DNA of 64,000 nt, taken from a virus. The position numbers and the translations under genes are program-made. Below, in pieces: positions 38,545 through 47,354 of the stretch (positions are counted from its first letter, which is position 1; each line of letters begins with the position of its first letter). The notes under the pieces were generated by a model, which was not told the DNA's origin, searched no databases, and saw only the letters and a list, made by a program, of their open reading frames with translations. The DNA is taken from positions 32,001 to 96,000 of the IMG/VR virus record IMGVR_UViG_3300042914_003164. One strand, 5' to 3'.

Positions 38545-39528
38545 ATGCCGGGCTCATTTCTGATTGGGAGGGGACCCAACGGTTCGGATATTCCTGTCGC
38601 CGTTGACGCAGAGGGGAACTTCGTAATTGCTATTGATGGAGATGTTGAGGTCAACGCAGACCTTGGGACACTCGAAGCCGGTGTAGCCTCTATTGATGGC
38701 AAGCTTCCGGCACTTGTAGATGGCAGTCAGCCTGTAACGCCTGCTGGAATTGTTGATACTGGCAATAGCACTACTGTCAATCTAAATGCTGGCGCTACTT
38801 TTACTGGTACGGGGATTGAGGTTTCGCCCAAATATGGCACGATCTCCGTTTGCATTCTCTCTTCTCATGCCAGTGCCACCAACGGCCTGAAGCTTCAAGC
38901 TTCTCTTGATAACGTCAGCTGGGAAACAATTGAAGAGTACACATATCTTGCTGGCAGCGGCTTAGACTCCTACAGCTTTGCCCCAAGCGGTCGTTATTTC
39001 AGGCTGACCTACACAAACGGTGGCACGACAACCACCAAGCTTGCGATCTTCACCGTTTTGAGGACTGGCTACACCAAGTCCTCTAGCCATCGCATTGGCG
39101 ATGTGATCAACGCGGAGAAAGATGCGGAACTGGTGAAAGCGGTTCTGGCCGCCATGAAACCGAATGGCGATTTTACCGATATTCACTGCACGGCAGGCGG
39201 GAATCTCAAGGTTTCGGTCGAAGAAACAGAAGGTCCAATCGAGACCGCCGTACCCGTTCGCACTCCCACCACAACCAGTGTGGCCAGCAGCGCCAGCAAC
39301 GTAACGATCCTTGCGGCAAACGCCAACCGCAAAGGATTCTCGATCAGCAATATCAGCACTAGCAAGCTGTATTTGAGCTTTACCAATCCGGCAACAACAG
39401 CAAACTGCTTTATCGAAGTACCTGCCGGGGCCTTCTTGCTGCTCGATCAGCAGTGCATTGTTCCGAATGCTATCTACGGCATCTGGGCCAGCGCTAATGG
39501 CGCTGCTCAAGTCACGGAGTACGTCTGA
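38545..39528 (+). CDS. virion structural/fibre protein
   Basis: Beta-rich; RYFRLTYTNG and ILAANANRKG..I.N motifs. Confidence 0.6.
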   Translation: MPGSFLIGRGPNGSDIPVAVDAEGNFVIAIDGDVEVNADLGTLEAGVASIDGKLPALVDGSQPVTPAGIVDTGNSTTVNLNAGATFTGTGIEVSPKYGTISVCILSSHASATNGLKLQASLDNVSWETIEEYTYLAGSGLDSYSFAPSGRYFRLTYTNGGTTTTKLAIFTVLRTGYTKSSSHRIGDVINAEKDAELVKAVLAAMKPNGDFTDIHCTAGGNLKVSVEETEGPIETAVPVRTPTTTSVASSASNVTILAANANRKGFSISNISTSKLYLSFTNPATTANCFIEVPAGAFLLLDQQCIVPNAIYGIWASANGAAQVTEYV

Positions 39529-39995
39529 TGGCTGTTTTACTGACTCCCGGCGCCGCCCCGACCAATGCCGCCCCGCAGCCACTGGCGGCTACTGCAACGA
39601 TCGGTAGCGGCACGGACTACGCCTTGGGGAACCACCGGCACCAGCGTGATACGGATCAGCTGGTGGTCAACCTGAGCGGCAGCAAGTTCGATCCGACTGC
39701 AGAGAACGGGATTGAAACCTATACGTTCCAGTGGCCTGCGCAGATCCTGGCGTCGGCGCTCAGTGCGGATACTGCAGCATCAGGATCGGCGTTTCAGGTC
39801 AACGCCCGGCTGAATGCCAGCTCGATCTACAGCGTCCGCCCACAGATCGAGGTGGGAAGCACCACGGGCAGCAGCGGCACGCTGGCGATCACGACAGCAG
39901 CGGCTGGCGACGTTCTGCGATTTGACATTTCACAGGCCGGTGGCGGGTGTCGGCTGGCCAAGCTGTACCTCACCGTGCGAAGGAACGACGCATGA
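39528..39995 (+). CDS. virion structural protein
   Basis: Coupled; H.H motif, AAGDVLRFDI. Confidence 0.55.
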   Translation: MAVLLTPGAAPTNAAPQPLAATATIGSGTDYALGNHRHQRDTDQLVVNLSGSKFDPTAENGIETYTFQWPAQILASALSADTAASGSAFQVNARLNASSIYSVRPQIEVGSTTGSSGTLAITTAAAGDVLRFDISQAGGGCRLAKLYLTVRRNDA

Positions 39996-40663
39996 CGACT
40001 CGAAACTTCGTGCTGCTCGACCAGCAGACCGGGGCGATCCGAAACTATCCGAGGGTTGATGACGACCCAGTACAGGGCCTCGACCCCCGCTACGCAGTGC
40101 TCCGTGTGGTGCGCGAGCCCGCCCCCGAGATTCTCCCCGGCCAGCAGGCCAACCAGACCCGCACGGTGGACCTGGAGGCTGGCGAATGGCGCTGGGGCTG
40201 GAGCGTGGTGGACATCCCGGAGCCGGCGCCAGTTGCTGACTGGAGGACGTTTAAGCGCACTCTGCTGAGCCACCCCGCGATCAATGCGTTGCTGGGCGGC
40301 GGGGTGAGCACAGCCCCGGCTGCAGCGCTCAGCCTGCCTGCCACCCTGCTGGCCGCTGCCGGTGGCGGCGACGTGGACGATTTTCGGGCAGCCTGGCTGG
40401 GCCTACGCCGGCTGGGGCTGGTGTCCGCCGAGCTGCTGCAGGAGGTGCGCGGGCTGGCGATTGCCCTCCACCTGCCCGATGGATTCGTGGCGGCACTGGG
40501 CGGCTCACTGCGGCCTGCTGCAGTGAGCGTGGGTCAGGAGTGGGTGGATGCTGCCGGCGATCTGTGGGTGGTGACGCAATCCCGTGGCGAGGGCGGGCAG
40601 TTCCTGCCGGATGATCCCGCAACCCCTGAACGGGAATCGCTGATCTGGGAGAGGGTGGACTGA
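39992..40663 (+). CDS. fibre-associated hypothetical protein
   Basis: ATGA overlap; high GC. Confidence 0.6.
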   Translation: MTTRNFVLLDQQTGAIRNYPRVDDDPVQGLDPRYAVLRVVREPAPEILPGQQANQTRTVDLEAGEWRWGWSVVDIPEPAPVADWRTFKRTLLSHPAINALLGGGVSTAPAAALSLPATLLAAAGGGDVDDFRAAWLGLRRLGLVSAELLQEVRGLAIALHLPDGFVAALGGSLRPAAVSVGQEWVDAAGDLWVVTQSRGEGGQFLPDDPATPERESLIWERVD

Positions 40664-40854
40664 TGGTGATTATCTGGGTTGGGACGGGGAGGTTTAGCGC
40701 CTACATTGAAGGATTTAGCAGCTTAACTTTTGGTGGGCCTTTTTTCTTCGGCGGCTGGTCTATCGGCACTGCGGGTGAAAATCCGTTTGGTGTCGGGATC
40801 AGAGGCGCTGGTGTAGACGAACCAATCCACGACTCATCCGGGAGCATCATGTAA
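40663..40854 (+). CDS. small hypothetical protein
   Basis: Coupled at both ends; shares IG.AG...FGVG with the next protein. Confidence 0.55.
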   Translation: MVIIWVGTGRFSAYIEGFSSLTFGGPFFFGGWSIGTAGENPFGVGIRGAGVDEPIHDSSGSIM

Positions 40855-42374
40855 TGACAATCTCACCACTTCTCAAGGTCAAAGAACGCATCGTCGGCCC
40901 CTCTGGGATCTACAACATCCAAAATGAATGGTACGGCTACGCCGACGAGTTCAGATACACGATTGGCCTGGCTGGTCTGATGGGGTTCGGCGTGGGCTGC
41001 TGCCCGCCTGAGCTGCTGCCGGATGACATGGCGCCAATGCCAGGCACAAAGGATCGCTTCAGCCCGAACTACGGCACCTATATCCACCTGCCTTCGGCCA
41101 GTATCATGTGCTTCCTGCCAAAGCACTTTATTGATATTCAAGGCGGCGCCAATACTAATGCCCCGACTTACGGGCAGCCCATCGTCATCAGCAATGGCCA
41201 GACGGGCAACGCGGTGCTGGCACGATCTTTTAGGGACGGCGGTAGCGAACTAGCTGGTGTGTTCATTGACAAGTACCACCCGAGTAATTGCCGCCCTGAC
41301 GGCTCTGGGCTGCCAAATCGCGCTGACGCTTCGCCTGGCGGCTATCCAGATAGCGGTGGAGTGGCTGCTTCTAGACCCCTTCATTGGCCTGTATCGACGA
41401 ACTTGGGCGGCATCCTTAGGAGCCCGTTCAGCCTGTGCAATAGCACCGTGCTAAATCCTGCGGCCACCACGCCAGCAAACAATCTTGGCGGCTGCTGGGC
41501 ATTGGCACGAAGCCGTGGCGCAGATTTCAACCCCGTGCCGATTTGGGTGTATTCGCAGTTGGCGTATCTGAGCCTCGCCCATGCACAGGCTTTGTTAGGC
41601 ACCGACGGCCTGCCCATCAGTGGTGCGACCAGTAATGCTGCATGGATGGATGTTGCGCCTTATGCGCCTAAGGGCAGCAACAATAACAACTGCGCTGATG
41701 TCGACAAAGCCTCGCTGCGGTTTGATCGCACTGACATTACAGGCAACGTCAACAGTGGTCGTGCTGGCGAAGACCACCGCGTCTTCACTGGTGCCGCGTG
41801 GATTGGCAGTGTGTCAACCCCTGCGCTCGCAGACACAACACACAACGGACAGCTCAGTGGCATTGTTGACCTCAATGGCAACCATTGGGAATGCGCTCCG
41901 GGGCTGACCAATACTGGAGGCAATAACGCTGGATATCGAATGTTGGCGGATTCAGTGGGCTGGAATACTATCAACAGCAATGCCAACATTTTATCAGCAA
42001 GCACAGTAAGCCTGATTGCAAATGTCAGTGACAACGGAGTTTGGTGGACCGATGCCAATGCATGGATTTACATGATCCCGGCGATTGGCGGAACGTACCA
42101 CCCGGCCAGCTCGTGGAGCGGTGAGGCAACTAGGCAAGCTATGACCGAGTGCTTGCTGCCCCGTGAACCAGGAACCAGTACGACGCAGACGAGAACCAAC
42201 CGCTTTGGAGGTGATGGCTTGGTCCGGCGTCATCTAAACGACTTGCTGCCTCTTACCGGTGGTGCCTGGGCCAGCGGCGCCGCCGCAGGATTGTTTACAG
42301 TCATTCTGAACACCAGATCCGGCGACGGCGACGGCGGCTTCGGTGCCCGTTGCCTGCGCCTTCTGTCCGCGTGA
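40854..42374 (+). CDS. receptor-binding protein with C-type-lectin (FGE/Mtd-like) fold; DGR-target-like
   Basis: GVFIDKY, HNG..SGIVDLNGNHWE, C-terminal GGAW.SG..AG......FGAR. Confidence 0.75.
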   Translation: MTISPLLKVKERIVGPSGIYNIQNEWYGYADEFRYTIGLAGLMGFGVGCCPPELLPDDMAPMPGTKDRFSPNYGTYIHLPSASIMCFLPKHFIDIQGGANTNAPTYGQPIVISNGQTGNAVLARSFRDGGSELAGVFIDKYHPSNCRPDGSGLPNRADASPGGYPDSGGVAASRPLHWPVSTNLGGILRSPFSLCNSTVLNPAATTPANNLGGCWALARSRGADFNPVPIWVYSQLAYLSLAHAQALLGTDGLPISGATSNAAWMDVAPYAPKGSNNNNCADVDKASLRFDRTDITGNVNSGRAGEDHRVFTGAAWIGSVSTPALADTTHNGQLSGIVDLNGNHWECAPGLTNTGGNNAGYRMLADSVGWNTINSNANILSASTVSLIANVSDNGVWWTDANAWIYMIPAIGGTYHPASSWSGEATRQAMTECLLPREPGTSTTQTRTNRFGGDGLVRRHLNDLLPLTGGAWASGAAAGLFTVILNTRSGDGDGGFGARCLRLLSA

Positions 42375-42381
42375 GCGGACA
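42364..42381 (+). promoter_or_regulatory. 7-bp hairpin with 4-nt loop at the end of the VR-like region
   Basis: TGTCCGC-GTGA-GCGGACA. Confidence 0.55.
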
Positions 42382-42635
42382 TGCAATGACCACCCTGCTT
42401 CAGATCCTCGAACAGATCAGAATCGTATGCCCTACATAATCCGCTTCACCGCTGGAGTTGCGCTGAAAATCCTCAAGGTCACACCACGAGAGGCCATCGG
42501 CTACGGCCTCAGCAAGGAAGACGCACAGCGGCTGGAGGCAATCGCCACGTAAGGTGTGTGCAGCCCTTGAAGCGGAGAGTTAGGCGTCCCCGACTACCAG
42601 GCCCCATAATTCCCCAACAATCCACCACCACCTCA

Positions 42636-42666
42636 CCGGGCGCCGCGCTAACGGCCCCGGTTTTTT
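42636..42666 (+). terminator. terminator ending the structural region
   Basis: CCGGG(C)GCCG...CGGCCCCGG-TTTTTT between convergent genes. Confidence 0.7.
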
Positions 42667-42685
42667 GTGTAACAGAGTGACTCCG

Positions 42686-43603
42686 CTAAAAAACTATAGG
42701 TGACGCGATTCTGTCAATAAAAGCACGATCTCCCGCAAGACTCGCCTGATCACGCAAAAAGGTCCCCCTGAAGCCCGCCATAAGCAGGATGTCATGCCCC
42801 TGTTTCACTGCTGCTTGCAGACCCTGAACATTGCTGTTGAGTGGCCATGAGTGATCGGTGTCGAGTATTACAGCCTCTTTGGTATTTCTGAACTGCCCTT
42901 GATTGATTGCCGTGGCAGTAGGGCCAAACCAATCAGCCCCCGTTCTTTTCATCCATCTGGCCTCATTTTGCCCCCTAGATGCGCGGATCCCGCGTGCATA
43001 ACTAACACCAATGAGTTTATCACTCCATTTTTTCACCCATTTAACAACCTGACCCTGAAACCATCTAGTGGATGACGCCATGAGTTCATTGCCCACCTCA
43101 AAAACTACGTTGTCTCGATTGGCAAGTGTTTCCACACTACGCCTTACGTGCGCACGTTGATACCTGTTCCACCTGCCTTTTGTGTGAACTTGATCGTGGC
43201 TCTTTGGCCCGAGACCGTTGAAAGCATGGGTCTCCCAAGCCTTTGGAAAAATATCAGGAATGGATCCCTCAAAAAGGCTTACAACGGCAACTATGTTGCG
43301 CCTTTCTGCCGCTGCAACAGCTTTGTCTAGGCGGTGATAGTATGCGCCATTAAGCGAACCATCCTTCTTCCACGGCAAATCTTTAACCATTATCGTTCCG
43401 CGTGAATTTGAGCCCCACAGGCTACCATCAGCAATCATTGCTTTATTCTCAACAGTCCATAGCTTGGTGACATTGCCGGTGATCCTGTCAATACCAACAG
43501 TCTCTCCGTTCATCCTCTGAACAGTGTTCCATGTGTGGTCGCCAGCCAAGCGGATTGGCTTGCCTTTCCAGCGAAAACCTGAATTTTTTATGGACAAGGC
43601 CAT
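42686..43603 (-). CDS. glycoside hydrolase-like TIM barrel (GH5/clan A-like)
   Basis: Y..RLD..V..A..R.IV..VSLF, NVVFEVGNE acid/base motif, ILDTDH. Confidence 0.6.
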   Translation of the reverse strand: MALSIKNSGFRWKGKPIRLAGDHTWNTVQRMNGETVGIDRITGNVTKLWTVENKAMIADGSLWGSNSRGTIMVKDLPWKKDGSLNGAYYHRLDKAVAAAERRNIVAVVSLFEGSIPDIFPKAWETHAFNGLGPKSHDQVHTKGRWNRYQRAHVRRSVETLANRDNVVFEVGNELMASSTRWFQGQVVKWVKKWSDKLIGVSYARGIRASRGQNEARWMKRTGADWFGPTATAINQGQFRNTKEAVILDTDHSWPLNSNVQGLQAAVKQGHDILLMAGFRGTFLRDQASLAGDRAFIDRIASPIVF

Positions 43604-43643
43604 GGTTAGCAGTCATACAACCAACACCGTAGGCGATTAAGCC

Positions 43644-44582
43644 TCAAACTGCAGTAATTGAAAAGCTTTTTACAATAAATCTAAGCTTGTTAGTGATGAT
43701 CTGCAGTTTTTCCCTTACCGCTTGAGGAGTGCATCCAATTTGCTCAGCTATTTCTTTTGTGGAGAGCTGGTCTTCGCCTATTCCATACTTTTGCTTTATT
43801 ATTTGTTGCTCTGACTTCGTTAAAGCATTTATCGTCATCAATAGAAAGTTAATCTTTTCGCAGGTATCCTCGTTTTCTCTTATCTCAGACTCAACGTCAG
43901 CGCTAATAATATCTGCCAGCGAGCAGGTGTCTCTGAGGTTTGCCCTTCCGCCACTTGGTTTGAGGTCAAAAGAGATTATTACGGGATTCAAGGCCACTGC
44001 TGTTTGTATCTTCTCCGGGCTCTCTTCGTTAATAGCTTCGGCTATCTCAGTAAAAGATGGCTCTCGCATCAGCTCTGCGGAAAGCCTCGCTTTTGCCTCT
44101 TTCGCTTGCTTGATAGTCCTCTGTATATGCGCTGGGACCTTGATAGCACCTTCTTGTGATTCAATTGCTCTTGTTATGGCCTGTCTGATCCACCAGTAAG
44201 CGTATGTACTGAACTTGTAGCCCCTGCTTGGCTCAAACTTTTCCGCTGCTCTTGCCAAGCCTATAGCACCCTCCTGCATTAAATCCTGCAAAGTCATGTG
44301 AACTTGCCTTGCCTGAGACTTTTTTGCAATCGTGACTACAAGCCGCATGTTGGCCGAAATCATGCGATTTCTGGCTTTCAGTCCCCTCCTGGCAATTCTT
44401 CTTGACTGCGGATCAAGAGCCTTTAGCGATTCAGCAAGATTTGCGTCTGATACCTGATCAGCAATTTGATTCTCCCTCAAAAGCCTCATCATCTCCTGAA
44501 CCTGCGTACCAAGGATTATCTCTTCGTCGCAAGTCAGAAGAGGGACTCGCGCTACATCACGCATGTAGTCCTCGAAGCTCAT
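43644..44582 (-). CDS. phage sigma-70 family sigma factor (group 2/RpoS-like)
   Basis: Region 1.2 YM.DV.RVPLL..EE; region 2 NMRLVV.IAK, DLMQEG.IGL, GYKFSTYAYWWIRQAITR; regions 3 and 4. Confidence 0.93.
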   Translation of the reverse strand: MSFEDYMRDVARVPLLTCDEEIILGTQVQEMMRLLRENQIADQVSDANLAESLKALDPQSRRIARRGLKARNRMISANMRLVVTIAKKSQARQVHMTLQDLMQEGAIGLARAAEKFEPSRGYKFSTYAYWWIRQAITRAIESQEGAIKVPAHIQRTIKQAKEAKARLSAELMREPSFTEIAEAINEESPEKIQTAVALNPVIISFDLKPSGGRANLRDTCSLADIISADVESEIRENEDTCEKINFLLMTINALTKSEQQIIKQKYGIGEDQLSTKEIAEQIGCTPQAVREKLQIITNKLRFIVKSFSITAV

Positions 44583-45325
44583 GGCGCCAACCTTGCTTTC
44601 GAGTAGCGATGCTTTTCATACCATCCAGCAAGCTCTGGCATCCAATCACGAAACTCTTCCATTAAGAGTTCGCATAGCTGTCGAATCTCAAGCTGGGCGT
44701 CAAGTTTGCTCCTTAGATCAAAGAAGTGCATCAATGACCGAGCATTGAAGCTAACAACAAAGTGCTGCCTTGTATCAAATGGGATAATGGATCGCGCTTG
44801 CTCCTCCGGGCTGCCAGCTCTAATTCGCCTTGCATAAAGAATTGCAGAAATAAGGCAATGCTCTAGGTCTGCATCACGGTCTATTTTGTCATAAATGTAC
44901 CTTTTGCCATTGCGATCTCTGTACTCTCCCACTGGCCTAAGATAGAAGACTTCCTCCAGTCCTCTTGTTCCATTAGCCACATCACAGATGCGCTTGCCGG
45001 AGTACCTAAAAGATTGCACGTCCCAGGAAGTTGATACCCTGTGAGTGCGACCTTGTTGCATCACGGAATGTGGAAACCATCCCACACTAAACGTGATCTG
45101 GGGATGCTCGTAAGGCCCCATGTGACCCTTTTCGCCAGCAAGTAGATTCCTCACGCAAATCTCTGCAGCTTTTCCTTCCTCCGGCGGCTCCTCGTCTCCA
45201 ACAAAATCCTCGCTGTAGTCTTGGTGCATTGCGTACCAGACCACTTGATTTGGATTTGGAGTTCTTGTGAGAGTCTTTACCTTGAAAAATGGATCCACGG
45301 CGGGGTCGTGGCTGGGGGCAGCCAA
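44579..45325 (-). CDS. thyX: FAD-dependent thymidylate synthase
   Basis: H.GP.EH, RTHRV..WDVQSFRY, EQAR.IIP, N.RSLMHF.DLR, AQLEIR; start may be GTG 45298. Confidence 0.93.
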   Translation of the reverse strand: MAAPSHDPAVDPFFKVKTLTRTPNPNQVVWYAMHQDYSEDFVGDEEPPEEGKAAEICVRNLLAGEKGHMGPYEHPQITFSVGWFPHSVMQQGRTHRVSTSWDVQSFRYSGKRICDVANGTRGLEEVFYLRPVGEYRDRNGKRYIYDKIDRDADLEHCLISAILYARRIRAGSPEEQARSIIPFDTRQHFVVSFNARSLMHFFDLRSKLDAQLEIRQLCELLMEEFRDWMPELAGWYEKHRYSKARLAP

Positions 45326-45355
45326 ACCCTACTGACGGGCAAACGCAACTGTCAA
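45326..45355 (-). promoter_or_regulatory. sigma70-type promoter for thyX-sigma
   Basis: Minus strand TTGACA-N18-TAGGGT. Confidence 0.5.
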
Positions 45356-45368
45356 CACCGAGACCGGC

Positions 45369-45710
45369 CTAAGGCGTCCCAGTCTGCTGGTCGTTGTTTT
45401 GATGGACGGCGTAAATCGCCACCGATATACTGCCCGCGCCAACCAGCAGGGAGATGATCAGAGGGAGTGCCCAGCTGGCCAGTGAGAACCCGCCTGACTG
45501 CCTGCTGTAGTTGGTCTCCAGTGCCTGGATGCGATCGGTCAGCCGGTCGGTCCTTTCGGACTCTTTGTCGATCCGCGAGGACTGCAGGTTCAGGCGATCC
45601 AAGGTGGCTGCCGCCCCAACTTCAATAGCTTGGTGGACAGATGTGAGCTGGCCCTTCAGCTCGCCCAGGAGGACCCAGATCCTCTCGTTTTGATCGCTTG
45701 CTGAATCCAC
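45369..45710 (-). CDS. coiled-coil protein with C-terminal TM
   Basis: Heptad pattern then WALPLIISLLVGAGSISVAIYAV. Confidence 0.6.
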   Translation of the reverse strand: MDSASDQNERIWVLLGELKGQLTSVHQAIEVGAAATLDRLNLQSSRIDKESERTDRLTDRIQALETNYSRQSGGFSLASWALPLIISLLVGAGSISVAIYAVHQNNDQQTGTP

Positions 45711-45790
45711 GAGGCCGGTGCCGACACAGCACTGTATCGAGCCGTCCAGACCAGTTCACGAAAAGTAACAATAAACGGCAATGTATCAGG

Positions 45791-46381
45791 CTACACCTTT
45801 GCAAAGGTCACGAATTCGGGCTGATTTTGGTACTTGCCATGCCTATCGCTGTAAGATGTCAAACAGTCCTCACCCTCAAAAAACAAAAGCTGGCAAACTC
45901 CTTCGTCAACGTAAAGCCTACAATCGGCGCTCGATGCGTTACTGAACTCAAGCGTGAGGTGCCCTTCCCACTCGGCTTCTGCTGGTGTTGTATTTGCGAT
46001 AATCCCAAGTCTTGCGTAAGTGCTTTTGCCGAGGCACACTACTGTGATATTCCTCGGTACTCTTAGCTTTTCAACCGCAACTCCAAGTCCGTAAGAATGA
46101 GCTGGCAGGACAAAGAAAGTGCCATTAGCGTCAGAATGTAAATGTGCAAGCTCAAGGTTTGCAGTGTTGAAGTTTTTGGGGTCGATGACTGTTCCTGGGA
46201 TGTGCCGGAAGATCCTAAAGTCATTGGAAGAGAGCCTGATGTCGTAGCCATAGGAGCCTGTTCCATAGGACAGCAAACCAAGTGAACGACTTTCATCGAA
46301 ACGGACCATCCCCTTTTCAAAGGGGGAGATCATGCCGTTGTTAACTGACTGCTCAATAATCCACTTATCACTCTTTAGCAT
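45791..46381 (-). CDS. dcd: dCTP deaminase
   Basis: SYG..SYGYDIRL, GKSTYAR.G, TP.E.EWEGHLTLE, EG.CQLLF, KYQ.Q. Confidence 0.95.
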   Translation of the reverse strand: MLKSDKWIIEQSVNNGMISPFEKGMVRFDESRSLGLLSYGTGSYGYDIRLSSNDFRIFRHIPGTVIDPKNFNTANLELAHLHSDANGTFFVLPAHSYGLGVAVEKLRVPRNITVVCLGKSTYARLGIIANTTPAEAEWEGHLTLEFSNASSADCRLYVDEGVCQLLFFEGEDCLTSYSDRHGKYQNQPEFVTFAKV

Positions 46382-46645
46382 TTAACCAGGGATCCTAAGT
46401 TGACGATGGTTTCCGCTTCCAGTATCGCTTGCCAGTGGCCTAGTTGACAAGTGGGGCAAGCAAAACTCAAGCTGCTCGTTACCAAGTACACATCCATACA
46501 CATCACAGGAAAACGTGTAAATATTTCCAGAGGGAAACTTTGATGTCTTTGTTGTTGTTTCGATGTAATTGATTGTCATGCCTTTGTCACCAAAATATCT
46601 TGGGTAAACCGTTTGACCGACTTTCGGGGGAGATGGCTTCAGCAT
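46382..46645 (-). CDS. hypothetical protein
   Basis: ATG 46645 abutting dcd. Confidence 0.55.
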   Translation of the reverse strand: MLKPSPPKVGQTVYPRYFGDKGMTINYIETTTKTSKFPSGNIYTFSCDVYGCVLGNEQLEFCLPHLSTRPLASDTGSGNHRQLRIPG

Positions 46646-47049
46646 TGTTGCTATTTGGCTGTTGGGCGGGCCGAATGGGTTGAAATGCTCAGGTTTGCAT
46701 CGGCTACAGACATGGTAGCGCGACAACAAACAAAATTCCACGCCCTGCCCGCTCAAATCCGCTGCAGCGTGCAGCAGGGATGCTCAGCCTGGCCCCAAGG
46801 GCTCGCCATTGGCGCCCAGGAGCCCGAGGCAGACCCCTTGACCGGCCCGAGGGGGGATTGACCGCTCGACTCGCCCTAGGAGCCCGCGCAGCCGGAGATA
46901 ACTGGAGGTGACAGCCTGCCAGTTATCTCTCTATGGCCGGGGTGTTTTAACTCGCCTATGAGGATCCCCATGCCCAATCTACCACGTAATTCCGGCAGGG
47001 CGCGACTGCAGCCATTTCCGCTCGACCCCCTTGGGGCGCCCTGAGGGGC

Positions 47050-47078
47050 TTGACAACCTGCAAAGAAGGTAATACCCT
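47050..47078 (+). promoter_or_regulatory. sigma70-type promoter of the replication operon
   Basis: TTGACA-N17-TACCCT. Confidence 0.6.
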
Positions 47079-47100
47079 CAAATAGCCAGTCTATCGGTTT

Positions 47101-47265
47101 ATGGCCAGAACAACTATTTACATTCCCGACAAAATTTATCTTGATCTGGTCAAGGAGCAACAAAATGAAAGATTGACTTTTTCGGGAGTTTGCTCGGAAG
47201 CCTTCAAAACTTATTTGAGGCAAAAACGCAAAAAAGCGGAATCTGCAATGTTGAATGAACAATAA
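47101..47265 (+). CDS. ribbon-helix-helix (CopG/Arc-like) regulator, 54 aa (not in ORF track)
   Basis: MARTTIYIPDKIYLDLVKEQQNERLTFSGVCSEAFKTYL: beta strand plus two helices. Confidence 0.7.
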   Translation: MARTTIYIPDKIYLDLVKEQQNERLTFSGVCSEAFKTYLRQKRKKAESAMLNEQ

Positions 47266-47354
47266 AAAGCCCCCGCTGGCAAGGCAGGGGCTTATCTCTT
47301 TACCCAGCCAGATCGTAGCGCACCACCGATCAAAAGGCAAGCACTTCAACCCAA

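Noticed and set aside
41672-41692. AAC-rich run (GSNNNNC) as a possible DGR template repeat
   Set aside because: Too short, inside the coding region, and not homologous to the VR
42343-42552. Small ORF as DGR Avd
   Set aside because: Too short and lacks the four-helix Avd pattern; likely a fragment
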